From an uncultured Rhodovibrionaceae bacterium (GTDB taxonomy: Bacteria; Pseudomonadota; Alphaproteobacteria; Kiloniellales; DSM-21159), in contig CAXBMB010000003.1 of assembly GCA_963976695.1 (NCBI GenBank), positions 27,415-91,414 on the forward strand: DNA of 64,000 nt. The letters run 5' to 3'. Shown piece after piece: positions 1-9,691 of the stretch. Under the pieces are notes generated by a model. That model worked only from the letters and a program-made list of their open reading frames with translations. It ran no database searches and was not told the DNA's origin. A program made the translations under genes and the position numbers. Position 1 is the first letter of the stretch; each line of letters starts with the position of its first letter.

Positions 1-2190
1 GACTATCCGATCAACTATCATGTCACCGGGTCGCTGCGCCTGGCCCATAGCGACGCGCGGATGCAGGAATATCGCCATGTGCTTTCCATGGCCCGGGCGC
101 AGGGCCTGGACTATGAGCTGTTGTCGCCGGACGAAGCCCGCGCGCGCTATCAGGGGCAGTTGGAGCTGCATGACATCAAGGGAGCGCTGTGGGATCCCTA
201 CGACGGTGATATCGACCCCTCGCAGGTGACCCAGGCCCTGGCCAAGGGGGCGCGGAGTCTGGGCGCGGAAATCGCCCGCTTTACCCGCGTGACGGCGATC
301 AACAAACTGCCGGGTGGCGACTGGGAGGTGGTCACCGACAAGGGCAGGGTGGTCTGCGAGACCATCATCAACGCCGGCGGGTACCGGGGGGCTGAAGTGG
401 CCGCGCTGGTGGGCCAGTACCTGCCCATCGTGTCGATGCAGCACCAGTATCTGGTAACGGAAAGCGTGCCGGAGCTGGCGGGCAAAAGCGAGACCCTGCC
501 GCTGCTGCGCGATCCGGACGTCAGCTATTACCTGCGTCAGGAGCGCGACGGGTTGATCCTGGGGCCGTACGAATGGCAGGCGACCCCGCACTGGGTCGAC
601 GGCAAGATTCCCCACGACTTCGCCAATCAGCTCTACGCCGACGACCTGGACCGGCTGGAAGACTATATCGCCGACGCCATGGAGCGGGTTCCCATGCTGG
701 GCACCGCCGGGGTGCAGCGGGTGGTCAATGGCCCCATTCCCTATTCACCGGACGGTTATCCCTATATCGGCAAGGCCTATGGCGTGGAGAACTTCTTCCA
801 CTGCTGTTCCTTTTCCTTTGGCATTTGCCAGGGCGGCGGCGCGGGCAAGTCGATCGCCGAATATGTGCTCCACGGCGAACCGGAATGGGATCTCTGGGCC
901 TTCGATCCGCGCCGCTACAGCGACTACGCCAACCAGAAGTACGTGGTCGAAAAGGCGGTGGAGCTTTATCAGAACGAATACGCCATCGCCTTTCCCCATG
1001 AGGAGCGCCCGGCCGGGCGTCCGGCCAAAACCTCGCCGCTGTATGGCAAATTGCAGGCCAAGGGGGCGCTGTTCGGGGCGCGGGGCGGCTGGGAGCGGGC
1101 CACCTATTTTCCCCGCAACGAGGCCGAAGCCAAGGCCGAGCTGACCTTTGGCCACCCGGCTTGGTTTCCGGCGGTCGCGGCGGAGTGCGATGCGGTGCGC
1201 AACCGGGTCGGGCTCCTGGATCTGCCCGGCTTCGCCAAGTTTGAGCTGCGGGGCCCCGGCGCGGCGGCCTGGCTGGAGGGGATGATCGCCGGAGCCCTAC
1301 CCAAGGTGGGGCGGATCTCGCTGTCCTATTTCTGCTCGGCTCAGGGCGGCATCCTTTGTGAAATGACCCTGACCCGCCTGGCCGAGGACCATTTCTGGCT
1401 GATCACCGCCTCGGCGGCCGAGTGGCACGATTGGCAGTGGTTGGAAGAACATCTGCCGCGCGACGGCGGGCTGACCCTGGCGAACCTGACCGGCCGATAC
1501 GGCACCTTGGTGCTGGCCGGGCCGCGTGCCCGCGATGTCCTGGCGCAGGTAACCGACGCCGGCCTGACCAACGCCGATTTCCCCTGGCTGTCCTGTCAGA
1601 CCATCACCGTCGGCTATACACAGCTGCTGGCCATGCGGGTCAACTATGTCGGCGAACTGGGGTGGGAGCTTCATATCCCGGTGGAATCCATGGTCGCGGT
1701 CTATGAGGCGCTCTGGACGGCCGGCGCGGCGCACGGCATGGCCGACTTCGGGCTCTATGCGATGGACTCGATGCGGTTGGAGAAGTGCTACCGCTCCTGG
1801 AAGGTCGATATGACCACCGAATATTCGCCCCTGACCGCCTCCCTGGACCGCTTTGTTCGGCTGGACAAGCCGGCCTTCATTGGCCGCGAGGCGCTGCTGA
1901 AGGAAAAACAAGAAGGCTCGAGGGAACGCTTTGTGCCGCTGTTGGTGGATAGCCCCGACGTCGATACGCCCGCCTGCGCGGCGGTGTTCCACGCCGGCCA
2001 GGAAGTTGGGCTGGTCACCTCCGGCGGCTATGGCCATGCCATCCAGTCGTCGATCGCGCTGGCCTATGTCCGCAGCGACCTGGCGGTCGAGGGGCAGAAG
2101 CTGGAGGTGGAGATTTTCGGCAAGCGTTGCCCGGCCACGGTAGCCCGCGAACCGCTGTACGATCCGAACAATGAAAAGCTGCGCGGGTAA
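1..2190 (+). CDS. FAD-dependent oxidoreductase fused to a GcvT-type folate-binding domain (dimethylglycine/sarcosine dehydrogenase family); 5' end cut by the window edge
   Basis: Frame 1 is open from nt 1 (DYPINYHVTGSLRLAH...) into the 61..2190 ORF. A DAO-type region (INAGGYRG, VNGPIPYSPDG) is followed by an aminomethyltransferase-like C-terminus (NYVGELGWELHIP, SGGYGHAI, PLYDP). It is a paralogue of the next gene. Confidence 0.85.
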   Translation, partial: DYPINYHVTGSLRLAHSDARMQEYRHVLSMARAQGLDYELLSPDEARARYQGQLELHDIKGALWDPYDGDIDPSQVTQALAKGARSLGAEIARFTRVTAINKLPGGDWEVVTDKGRVVCETIINAGGYRGAEVAALVGQYLPIVSMQHQYLVTESVPELAGKSETLPLLRDPDVSYYLRQERDGLILGPYEWQATPHWVDGKIPHDFANQLYADDLDRLEDYIADAMERVPMLGTAGVQRVVNGPIPYSPDGYPYIGKAYGVENFFHCCSFSFGICQGGGAGKSIAEYVLHGEPEWDLWAFDPRRYSDYANQKYVVEKAVELYQNEYAIAFPHEERPAGRPAKTSPLYGKLQAKGALFGARGGWERATYFPRNEAEAKAELTFGHPAWFPAVAAECDAVRNRVGLLDLPGFAKFELRGPGAAAWLEGMIAGALPKVGRISLSYFCSAQGGILCEMTLTRLAEDHFWLITASAAEWHDWQWLEEHLPRDGGLTLANLTGRYGTLVLAGPRARDVLAQVTDAGLTNADFPWLSCQTITVGYTQLLAMRVNYVGELGWELHIPVESMVAVYEALWTAGAAHGMADFGLYAMDSMRLEKCYRSWKVDMTTEYSPLTASLDRFVRLDKPAFIGREALLKEKQEGSRERFVPLLVDSPDVDTPACAAVFHAGQEVGLVTSGGYGHAIQSSIALAYVRSDLAVEGQKLEVEIFGKRCPATVAREPLYDPNNEKLRG

Positions 2191-2373
2191 TGCGCGGCCG
2201 GATCGGGGCCGGGCGAGCCCGGTCGAAAGGCGGCTGTACCCGGCCCGCCTGCTGGCTATTAACCCTGGTTATGGCCTCGGTAAAATTTTGAATTTGTTTT
2301 ATGGTCGCGCTTCGGGTTGATCAGGGTTTGTAGCTGTCCCGACCCTCGGCAAAGAATCTCAGGAACCAGAAAA

Positions 2374-4827
2374 ATGACCCTTCCCAGTCAAGCTCGCGCG
2401 GTAATTATCGGTGGCGGCGTGGTGGGCTGTTCGCTCGCCTATCATCTCACCAAACTGGGGTGGAAGGATGTGCTGCTGCTGGAGCGCAAGCAGCTCACCA
2501 GCGGCACCACCTGGCATGCCGCGGGCCTGATCGGCCAGCTGCGCGCCACCTCCAACATGACCAAGTTGGCCCAGTACACCACCAATCTCTACAGCCAGTT
2601 GGAGGAAGAAACCGGCCAGGCCATCGGCTTCAAGCAAAACGGCTCGCTGTCCATTGCCACCGGCCAGGGGCGCTTCGAGGAGTTGAAGCGCGGCGCCTCA
2701 ATGGCGAAAACCTTCGGGTTGGACGTGGAGGTGCTGGACCCGGACGGCCTGCAGGAAAAGTATGCACTGCTCAACACGTCGGATCTGGTGGGCGGCGTTT
2801 TTCTTCCCAATGACGGCCAGCTCAATCCGGCCGACGTGACCCTGGCGCTGGCCAAGGGCGCGCGCAGCCGCGGCGCGACCCTGCTGGAGGGGGTGAAGGT
2901 CACCGGCGTCCATCAAAAGGACGGTCGGGTGACCGGGGTCGCCACCGATCAGGGCGATGTGATGGCTGACTTCGTGGTCAACTGCGCCGGCATGTGGGGC
3001 CGTGAACTGGGCGAGATGGCCGGGGTCAAGGTGCCGCTGCAGGCCTGCGAGCACTTCTATATCGTGACCGAACCGGTGAAGGGACTGCCGGACAAGCTGC
3101 CGGTGCTGCGTGATCCCGGGGCCTGCGCCTACTTCAAGGAAGACGCCGGCAAGATTCTGCTGGGCTGTTTTGAGCCGGTGTCCAAACCCTGGGCGCTGGA
3201 GGGGATTCCGGAGGATTTCTGCTTCGACGAGTTGCCGGAAGACTTTGATCACTTCGCGCCGATTTTGGAAAAGGCGATGGTGCGCTTGCCAATTCTGGCC
3301 GAAACCGGGATTCGCACCTTCTTCAACGGGCCGGAATCCTTCACCCCCGACGATCGTTTTCATCTGGGCGAAGCGCCGGAGCTGAAAAACTTTTACGTCG
3401 CGGCGGGCTTCAATTCCATCGGCATTCAGTCGGCCGGCGGCGCGGGCAAGGCGCTGGCGGAATGGATGGACGCCGGCCATCCGACCATGGATCTCTGGGA
3501 CGTGGACATCCGGCGGATGCAGCCTTTCCAGAACAACAAAACCTATCTGACCAAACGGGTGACCGAATCCCTGGGGCTGCTCTACGCCATGCACTGGCCG
3601 TACCGCCAGTACGAATCGGCGCGCGATGTGCGCCATTCGCCGCTGCACGAAAAGCTGAAGGAAAAGGGCGCGGTGTTCGGCGAAACGGCCGGCTGGGAGC
3701 GGGCAAACTGGTTTGCTCCCAAGGGCGTGGAGCCGAAGTACGTCTATTCCTACAAGCGGCAAAACTGGTTCGAACATGCCGCCGCCGAACACAAGGCGCT
3801 GCGCGAGGGGGTCGGCTTTTTCGACATGACGTCCTTTGCCAAGTTTCGCGTCGAAGGGCCGGATGCGGAAGCGGTGCTGCAGCGAATCTCGGCGGCGGAT
3901 CTGGCGGTGGAACCGGGTCGCGTGGTCTACACCCAATGGCTCAACGACCGGGGCGGGATCGAGGCCGACCTGACCATCACGCGGCTGAGCGAAACCGCCT
4001 TCATGGTGGTGACGGCCGGCGCGTCGGCGCAGCGGGATCTTTCCTGGCTGCGGCGGCACACGCCAGAAGAGGCCCGCTGCGTGGTGGTTGACGTCACCGA
4101 CAGCGAAGCGGTGCTGGAAATCATGGGACCCAAGTCGCGGGCGGTGCTGCAGAAGATCACCGACGCCGATCTCTCCAACGAAGCCTTTGCTTTCGGCACC
4201 GCCCAGGAGATTGATCTGGGCATGGCCTATGGCCGCGCACAGCGAATTTCCTATGTCGGCGAACTGGGGTGGGAGCTGTATGTGCCCTCGACCTTTGCCC
4301 GCGGCGTTTTCGATGCGCTGTGGGAGGCCGGCGCGCCCGAAGGCCTGAAGCTCTGTGGGCTGCACGTGCTGGATTCCGGCCGTATCGAAAAGGCCTTCCG
4401 CCATTTCGGCCACGACATCACCGACGAGGACACCACCCACCAGGCCGGGCTGTCCTTTGTCGTCAAGCCGGACAAGGCGCGCAGCAAGTTCGGCGATTTC
4501 CTGGGCCGGGACGCCTTTTTGAAGGAACAGTCGCAGCCGCGCACCAAACGCATGGTGCAGTTCCTGCTCAACGATCCAGAACCGCTGCTCTATCACAACG
4601 AGCCGGTCTGGCGGGGCGGTGAAATCGTCGGCTATCTCAGCTCCGGCAACTATGGCCACCACCTGGGCGCGGCGGTGGGCATGGGCTATCTCCATCACGC
4701 CGAGACCATCACCCAGGCCTGGCTCGACGATCAACCGTTGGAGATCGAGGTGGCGGGTGAACGCTTCCAAGCCAAGGGCAGTCTCAAGCCGCTCTACGAT
4801 CCCAAGGGTGAGCGGATCAAAATGTAA
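2374..4827 (+). CDS. FAD-dependent oxidoreductase / GcvT-domain fusion (dimethylglycine or sarcosine dehydrogenase family), complete
   Basis: The ATG at 2374 is in frame with ORF 2317..4827 and gives MTLPSQARAVIIGGGVVGCSLAYHL, a Rossmann FAD motif. The C-terminal GcvT-like region (SYVGELGWELYVP, SSGNYGHHLG, PLYDP) is collinear with the upstream paralogue. Confidence 0.88.
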   Translation: MTLPSQARAVIIGGGVVGCSLAYHLTKLGWKDVLLLERKQLTSGTTWHAAGLIGQLRATSNMTKLAQYTTNLYSQLEEETGQAIGFKQNGSLSIATGQGRFEELKRGASMAKTFGLDVEVLDPDGLQEKYALLNTSDLVGGVFLPNDGQLNPADVTLALAKGARSRGATLLEGVKVTGVHQKDGRVTGVATDQGDVMADFVVNCAGMWGRELGEMAGVKVPLQACEHFYIVTEPVKGLPDKLPVLRDPGACAYFKEDAGKILLGCFEPVSKPWALEGIPEDFCFDELPEDFDHFAPILEKAMVRLPILAETGIRTFFNGPESFTPDDRFHLGEAPELKNFYVAAGFNSIGIQSAGGAGKALAEWMDAGHPTMDLWDVDIRRMQPFQNNKTYLTKRVTESLGLLYAMHWPYRQYESARDVRHSPLHEKLKEKGAVFGETAGWERANWFAPKGVEPKYVYSYKRQNWFEHAAAEHKALREGVGFFDMTSFAKFRVEGPDAEAVLQRISAADLAVEPGRVVYTQWLNDRGGIEADLTITRLSETAFMVVTAGASAQRDLSWLRRHTPEEARCVVVDVTDSEAVLEIMGPKSRAVLQKITDADLSNEAFAFGTAQEIDLGMAYGRAQRISYVGELGWELYVPSTFARGVFDALWEAGAPEGLKLCGLHVLDSGRIEKAFRHFGHDITDEDTTHQAGLSFVVKPDKARSKFGDFLGRDAFLKEQSQPRTKRMVQFLLNDPEPLLYHNEPVWRGGEIVGYLSSGNYGHHLGAAVGMGYLHHAETITQAWLDDQPLEIEVAGERFQAKGSLKPLYDPKGERIKM

Positions 4828-4844
4828 CCGAGTCGGTTGTTCGC

Positions 4845-4878
4845 GCCCGGCCGCGCCCCGGACGGCCGGGCTTGTTTT
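4845..4878 (+). terminator. Rho-independent terminator after the second dehydrogenase gene
   Basis: 8-bp stem gcccggcc / ggccgggc with an 11-nt loop, followed by ttgtttt, 18 nt after the stop codon. Confidence 0.7.
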
Positions 4879-4918
4879 CCACCGGGTCGGTCGGGCGGAG
4901 TCGGGGTCAGGATCAGGA

Positions 4919-5836
4919 TCAGGCGGCCGGGCTTGTTCCTGGCGGGCGGCTCTGGGCGGTCAGCCAGGCCCGCATGCGCGCCACCGGCTCGGGCTGCCGT
5001 GGCGCGCGGGGCGCGACAACGTAAAAACCAGCGTCCAGCGGCAAAGTAAGATCGAAGGGCCGGCACAGCCGACCGGCCGCCAGTTCCGTGGCGACAAGCG
5101 GGGCGCTGGTGAGGGCAACGCCCTGTCCGGCCAGCGCCGCGTCGATGGCGTGCGCGGTCTGATTGAACTTCATTCGCCGGGTGATTTCCGGCAGCTTGTC
5201 GGCGAAGGCCTGCTGCAGGAAAAGTGGCCAATAGCCGTGGGCGTCGTGCAACAGAACGTGGTGACGCAGATCTTCCAGGGCCTGGAGCGGGGCCGCGCCT
5301 TTCATCAGCTCCGGGCTACAAACCGCAAATATCTCAATTGGATAGAGTAGGGTCGCGGTCAAGCCGGGGCCGAAGGGCGGCTTGCCCTGACGGACCGCGA
5401 TGTCGACCCCGTCGCTTTGGAAATTGGCCAGGCCTTCGGTGGCGACAAGCCGAACATCCAGATCCGGATTGCTGGTGGTGAAGGCGCCCAGCCGTGGAAC
5501 CAGCCAGCGGGTGGCGAAGGTGGGGGTGACGCTGATCGACAGGGTTGCCTGCTGTGGGCGAAGCTCCTGGGTGGCCGCCAGGATCAGCTTGAGCGCCTGC
5601 CGGATCGGCGGCAGATAGCGCCGCCCTTCTTCGGTCAGCGCCAGACCACGGGGCAGCCGGCGAAAAAGCTTTACGCTGAGCGCCGCTTCCAGGCCTCGAA
5701 TCTGCTGCGCCACGGCGCCTTGGGTGACGCCCAGTTCTTCCGAGGCGCTGCGAAAGTTCAGGTGACGCGCCGCCACCTCGAAAACCCGCAGGGCATTGAG
5801 CGGCGGAAATCCGCGCCAGGGGTTCAGGCTTTTCAT
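4919..5836 (-). CDS. LysR-family transcriptional regulator (GcvA-like)
   Basis: N-terminal HTH: PPLNALRVFEVAARHLNFRSASEELGVTQGAVAQQIRGLE. About 300 aa with a LysR substrate-binding C-terminus. Divergent from the SDR/Rieske genes. Confidence 0.85.
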   Translation of the reverse strand: MKSLNPWRGFPPLNALRVFEVAARHLNFRSASEELGVTQGAVAQQIRGLEAALSVKLFRRLPRGLALTEEGRRYLPPIRQALKLILAATQELRPQQATLSISVTPTFATRWLVPRLGAFTTSNPDLDVRLVATEGLANFQSDGVDIAVRQGKPPFGPGLTATLLYPIEIFAVCSPELMKGAAPLQALEDLRHHVLLHDAHGYWPLFLQQAFADKLPEITRRMKFNQTAHAIDAALAGQGVALTSAPLVATELAAGRLCRPFDLTLPLDAGFYVVAPRAPRQPEPVARMRAWLTAQSRPPGTSPAA

Positions 5837-5846
5837 GCAGTAGTTT

Positions 5847-5860
5847 TTCTACACCTAGAA
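5847..5860. promoter_or_regulatory. Candidate LysR-type box (TTCTA-N4-TAGAA) in the LysR/SDR divergent spacer
   Basis: Inverted repeat ttcta cacc tagaa, 11 nt upstream of the LysR ATG. It fits the generic T-N11-A architecture. Confidence 0.35.
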
Positions 5861-5964
5861 GCGTATCGTTCTGGTTCGACGGTAACGGGCAATGCTGTCA
5901 TTTGTGACCAGGAGCCAAGCCGCAAGGCTGGCATCATGGCACACTGCATAAAGGGAAGTAAGTT

Positions 5965-6669
5965 ATGAGCACGGAAAAGGTCGCAATCATCACCGCCGGC
6001 GGAAGCGGCATGGGCGCGGGCGCGGCGCGCAAGCTGGCTGCCGATGGTTTTCGGGTCGCCATTCTCTCGTCTTCCGGCAAGGGCGCGGCACTGGCCGAGG
6101 AACTGGGGGGCCTGGGCGTCACCGGATCCAACCAGTCCAATGACGACCTCGGCCGGTTGGTGACGGCAGCCAAGGACAAGTGGGGCCGGGTCGATGTGCT
6201 GGTCAACAGCGCCGGGCACGGTCCGCGCGCCGCCATTCTTGAGTTGAGCGACGATGACTGGCACCAGGGAATGGAGGTCTATTTCCTCAATGTCGTGCGC
6301 CCGACCCGACTGGTCACGCCGATCATGCAGCAGCAGAAATCCGGGGTGATCATCAACATTTCGACCTTTGCCGCGTTTGAGCCCGATCCGGTCTTCCCGA
6401 CCTCGGGTGTCTTCCGTGCCGGACTGGCGGCCTACACCAAGCTTTTCGCTGATAAATACGCCGCCGAGAACATCCGGATGAACAACGTGCTGCCCGGCTT
6501 CATCGACAGCCTGCCGGAAAAGGAAGAGTTCCGCGCGCGCATCCCCATGCAGCGCTATGGCAAAACCCAGGAAATCTCCGATGTGATCGGTTTTCTGGCT
6601 TCCGAAGGGGCCGGCTACATCACCGGCCAGAACCTGCGCGTCGACGGCGGGATCACCCGTTCGGTTTAG
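5965..6669 (+). CDS. Short-chain dehydrogenase/reductase (SDR) family protein
   Basis: N-terminal cofactor motif VAIITAGGSGMGAGAARKL, central NSAG, and C-terminal NNVLPGFIDS. About 234 aa. A canonical YxxxK is not obvious by eye at the expected spacing. Confidence 0.75.
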   Translation: MSTEKVAIITAGGSGMGAGAARKLAADGFRVAILSSSGKGAALAEELGGLGVTGSNQSNDDLGRLVTAAKDKWGRVDVLVNSAGHGPRAAILELSDDDWHQGMEVYFLNVVRPTRLVTPIMQQQKSGVIINISTFAAFEPDPVFPTSGVFRAGLAAYTKLFADKYAAENIRMNNVLPGFIDSLPEKEEFRARIPMQRYGKTQEISDVIGFLASEGAGYITGQNLRVDGGITRSV

Positions 6670-6878
6670 CGTGCGATCGAGTTCGACAGAAGCGCGCCGC
6701 GCGGGTGCGAAAACCGCCCGCGCGGCGTCGTCGGTTGGAAAACAAGCTTTTGCCGCTTTCACTTTTCGACTAGGCTCGTTGCGAAGGGCCGCGCGCGCCA
6801 CCGGCCAGATCCGGATGAACCGTCACGCCCGGCCTTTTGCCGTCATGCGCAAGCGTGGAATTTGATGGAGCCAACGAC

Positions 6879-8096
6879 GTGACCGATCTTGCCGCCGCCG
6901 AGGACCGCCGACCCGCTGTCCGCCCCGCCAGCGACCCGAAATCACCCGACCCTGCGGTGGCGGCGCTGCTGGAAAACGTCAGCCGCCCCTTTGCCCAGGC
7001 CCGGGCCATGCCGCCTGCGGTTTATGGCAGCCCGACCTTCACCGAACTGGAGTTGCGCGAGATCTTCGCCAAGGAGTGGGTGGCCGTCGGCCGGGCCGGG
7101 TCGCTGCGCGAGGTCGGCGACTATCTAACCTATGAACTGGCCGGGCAGCCGATTTTCGTTATCCGCGACCAAAACGGCGTGCTGCGGGCCCAGTCGAATG
7201 TTTGCCTGCACCGCATGTCCACCCTGTTGCAGGGCAGCGGCAACAAGCGCCAGATCGTCTGCCCCTATCACGCTTGGACCTATAAGCTGGACGGGCAGCT
7301 GCGCGGGGCCCCGGCGATGGCCGAGAACGCCGCTTTTTGCAAGGAAAACTACCGCCTGCCGCAGATCCGCTGCGAGGAATGGCTGGGGTGGATCTTCGTG
7401 ACCTTGAACCCGGCCGCGCCGGCGGTGGCCGAGACGCTGGCCGAGGTCGAGGGATTGATCGACGACTATGGCATGGAAAACTATCAGGAGACCTTCCGCG
7501 AAACCCATGTTTGGAACACCAACTGGAAGATCCTGGCGGAAAATTTCATGGAGAGTTACCACCTTCCGGTCTGCCACGCCGGCACCATCGGGGGCCTGTC
7601 CAAGCTGAGCGAGATGGTCTGTCCACCCGGCCGCCCGGCCTTCAACTACCACACCATCTTGAAGAACGATGATCTGAGCATCGGCCTGGCCCATCCCGAC
7701 AACACCCGAATGAAGGGCGAACGGCGGCGCACCACCTTCTTGCTGTCGATCTATCCCAGTTTGGTGGTGACGCTCACCCCGGGCTATTTCTGGTATCTGT
7801 CGCTCCATCCCAAGGGGCCCGGCCAGGTCCACATCACCTATGGCGGCGGCATGTCTCCCGACTATGTTAATTCACCGAGCGCGCGCGCGCACTTCGCGCA
7901 ACTCAAGACGCTGCTGGACGAGGTGAATGAGGAAGATCGCGGCTGTACCGAAAAAGTCTTCCGTGGAACCCAAGCCCAGGCCGCCCGGCCCGGCCATCTC
8001 AGCCATCTCGAACGGCCCAACTTCGATTTCGCCCAGTATCTGGCGGAAAAACTTGGCGGCTTCGAGCGGGTGTTCGAAAGCACGCTGCCGTCTTGA
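6879..8096 (+). CDS. Rieske [2Fe-2S] non-haem-iron oxygenase alpha subunit (choline-monooxygenase / GbcA-like family)
   Basis: Rieske motif CLHRMSTLL...VCPYHAWTY. Mononuclear-iron motif NWKILAENFMESYHLPVCH. A GTG at 6879 preceded by GGAG is the preferred start. The first ATG of the ORF is at 6837. Confidence 0.8.
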   Translation: MTDLAAAEDRRPAVRPASDPKSPDPAVAALLENVSRPFAQARAMPPAVYGSPTFTELELREIFAKEWVAVGRAGSLREVGDYLTYELAGQPIFVIRDQNGVLRAQSNVCLHRMSTLLQGSGNKRQIVCPYHAWTYKLDGQLRGAPAMAENAAFCKENYRLPQIRCEEWLGWIFVTLNPAAPAVAETLAEVEGLIDDYGMENYQETFRETHVWNTNWKILAENFMESYHLPVCHAGTIGGLSKLSEMVCPPGRPAFNYHTILKNDDLSIGLAHPDNTRMKGERRRTTFLLSIYPSLVVTLTPGYFWYLSLHPKGPGQVHITYGGGMSPDYVNSPSARAHFAQLKTLLDEVNEEDRGCTEKVFRGTQAQAARPGHLSHLERPNFDFAQYLAEKLGGFERVFESTLPS

Positions 8097-8143
8097 GTTG
8101 GCGCGCTTTCCGCCGCGTTTTCCGCCGCGCGCCAGCGGGGGCT

Positions 8144-9691
8144 TTATCCCTTGTGGTTAGCGTGGTCGTTGCGGGGCAGTTCGAAATGAAAGCGCGATCC
8201 CTTACCCGGCGCGGTTTCCACCCAAATACGGCCCTGATTCTTTTCCAATAGATCCTGGCAGAGGGGAAGGCCCAGGCCGGTGCCGGTTTCACCGGCGGTG
8301 CCCATGGTGGTGGTGACCTGGCCGAGCGCGAAGCCCTTTTCGGTCGCCTCGGCGTCCATGCCCACGCCCTTGTCGCTGACCATCACTTCGGTGGTGGCGC
8401 CGCTTTCCTGTGCGGAGATCTCGATTTTTCCGCCGGGAGGGCTGAACTTGATGGCGTTGGAGATCAGGTTTCGCAAGACGGTTTCGACGATGCTGGGATT
8501 GGCGAACAGCGTCTCGTCCTTCACCAGGTTGCGCAGGGTGATGTTTTTCTCCCGCGCGACCGGGGTCAGGATATCGATGCTGGTTCGCGCGGTTTTCTTC
8601 AAGGAAACCAGCGAGGGTTTCATCTGTACCTCGCCCATTTGCAGGCGAGACCAGGCCAGAAGATTTTCCAGCAGTTGAAAGACCCTTCTGGCCGAGTTGT
8701 GCACGTCACCGGCATATTCGCTCAGCTTGTTCGCGCTCAGCTTGCCGGTCTGTTGGGCCATTACCTCGGTCATCCCCAGCAGGGCGTTGAAGGGGCTGCG
8801 CAGGTCGTGGGCGATAATCAAAAAGAAGCGATTTTTGATGTCGATGTCATGGCTTAATCGCTTGATCGCCCCGGCGTTGGTTTTCGACAGGATCTCCAAC
8901 TTGAGTAGCTGGCGTTGCAGATCGCTATTGTGCTGCTGGAGATCTCGAACCCGCCGTTCCAGCTTGCTGAACAACGGTGCGCTGAGGCGGTAGGTCAGCC
9001 ACCCGCCGACCGAGAGAATGGCCAGGGCGGCGGCGGTATTGAGCAGCGCCAAGGTGATGAAGGGGGCGCGGATCTCGGCAAGGTCGATTTTCGCAACGAT
9101 GCCGATGCCCAACTGTGGCAGGGGTTCGTAGGCCGCCAGAACTTCGATCCCGCGATAGTCTCGGCCAATAAGCGTGCCGGACTGGCCAATCAGTGCGTAT
9201 TGAAGCGGTTCCGCCTTGTCGCCATAGATGGGAAGGGGCCTGGGCGTTTCGCGCTGCCGGGGCGGGGCGACGTCGAGGAAGACAATCAGGTCGCCGCGCC
9301 GTTGGCCGATAACGAATTCACCACTTTCGCCGAAACCGGAAAATTCCCGATAGGCGTTCAAAAGCTGCGCGGTGGTCGTGCCGATGGCCCCGTCGGGACG
9401 ATCCGCCGGGCTGTATTGCGCGTCAAAAGCGGCGACCGCCGCGATCATTTTCGCCTGTGACTTCACCAGTCTTTCCAGCCAGGCGGCCTGGTCGTCCAGC
9501 GAGGTCAGGTAGAGGCTTCTGGCGAACAAGGCGGCGAAGACGAAGGCCACGCCGATATAGACCAGGATCAGCGCGACGAAATTTCTTTGGCTGAAGCGGC
9601 CCAGTTTCACCGTGGCCGAAGCCCCAAGGCCGCCCCCACCGACGCCGCGCCGATCTTCTGGTTGTGGGGCGAGAGGGGGCTGTTGGGTCAC
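8144..9691 (-). CDS. Sensor histidine kinase with a periplasmic Cache-like domain (no response regulator in the window)
   Basis: H-box IIAHDLRSPFNALLG. ATPase N/G boxes LISNAIKFSPPGG, DKGVGMD and GTGLGLPL. Two hydrophobic segments flank a sensor region of about 170 aa (GFGESGEFVIGQR...RGIEVLAAYEP). Confidence 0.85.
   Translation of the reverse strand: MTQQPPLAPQPEDRRGVGGGGLGASATVKLGRFSQRNFVALILVYIGVAFVFAALFARSLYLTSLDDQAAWLERLVKSQAKMIAAVAAFDAQYSPADRPDGAIGTTTAQLLNAYREFSGFGESGEFVIGQRRGDLIVFLDVAPPRQRETPRPLPIYGDKAEPLQYALIGQSGTLIGRDYRGIEVLAAYEPLPQLGIGIVAKIDLAEIRAPFITLALLNTAAALAILSVGGWLTYRLSAPLFSKLERRVRDLQQHNSDLQRQLLKLEILSKTNAGAIKRLSHDIDIKNRFFLIIAHDLRSPFNALLGMTEVMAQQTGKLSANKLSEYAGDVHNSARRVFQLLENLLAWSRLQMGEVQMKPSLVSLKKTARTSIDILTPVAREKNITLRNLVKDETLFANPSIVETVLRNLISNAIKFSPPGGKIEISAQESGATTEVMVSDKGVGMDAEATEKGFALGQVTTTMGTAGETGTGLGLPLCQDLLEKNQGRIWVETAPGKGSRFHFELPRNDHANHKG

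Noticed and set aside
2698-4770. 690-aa minus-strand ORF, plus other long ORFs antisense to the dehydrogenase genes (for example 1297..2037).
   Set aside because: It lies entirely inside and antisense to a gene with clear FAD/GcvT motifs. The translation is Arg/Gly/Ala/Pro-rich with no recognisable motifs. This is a typical high-GC stop-codon-free antisense frame.
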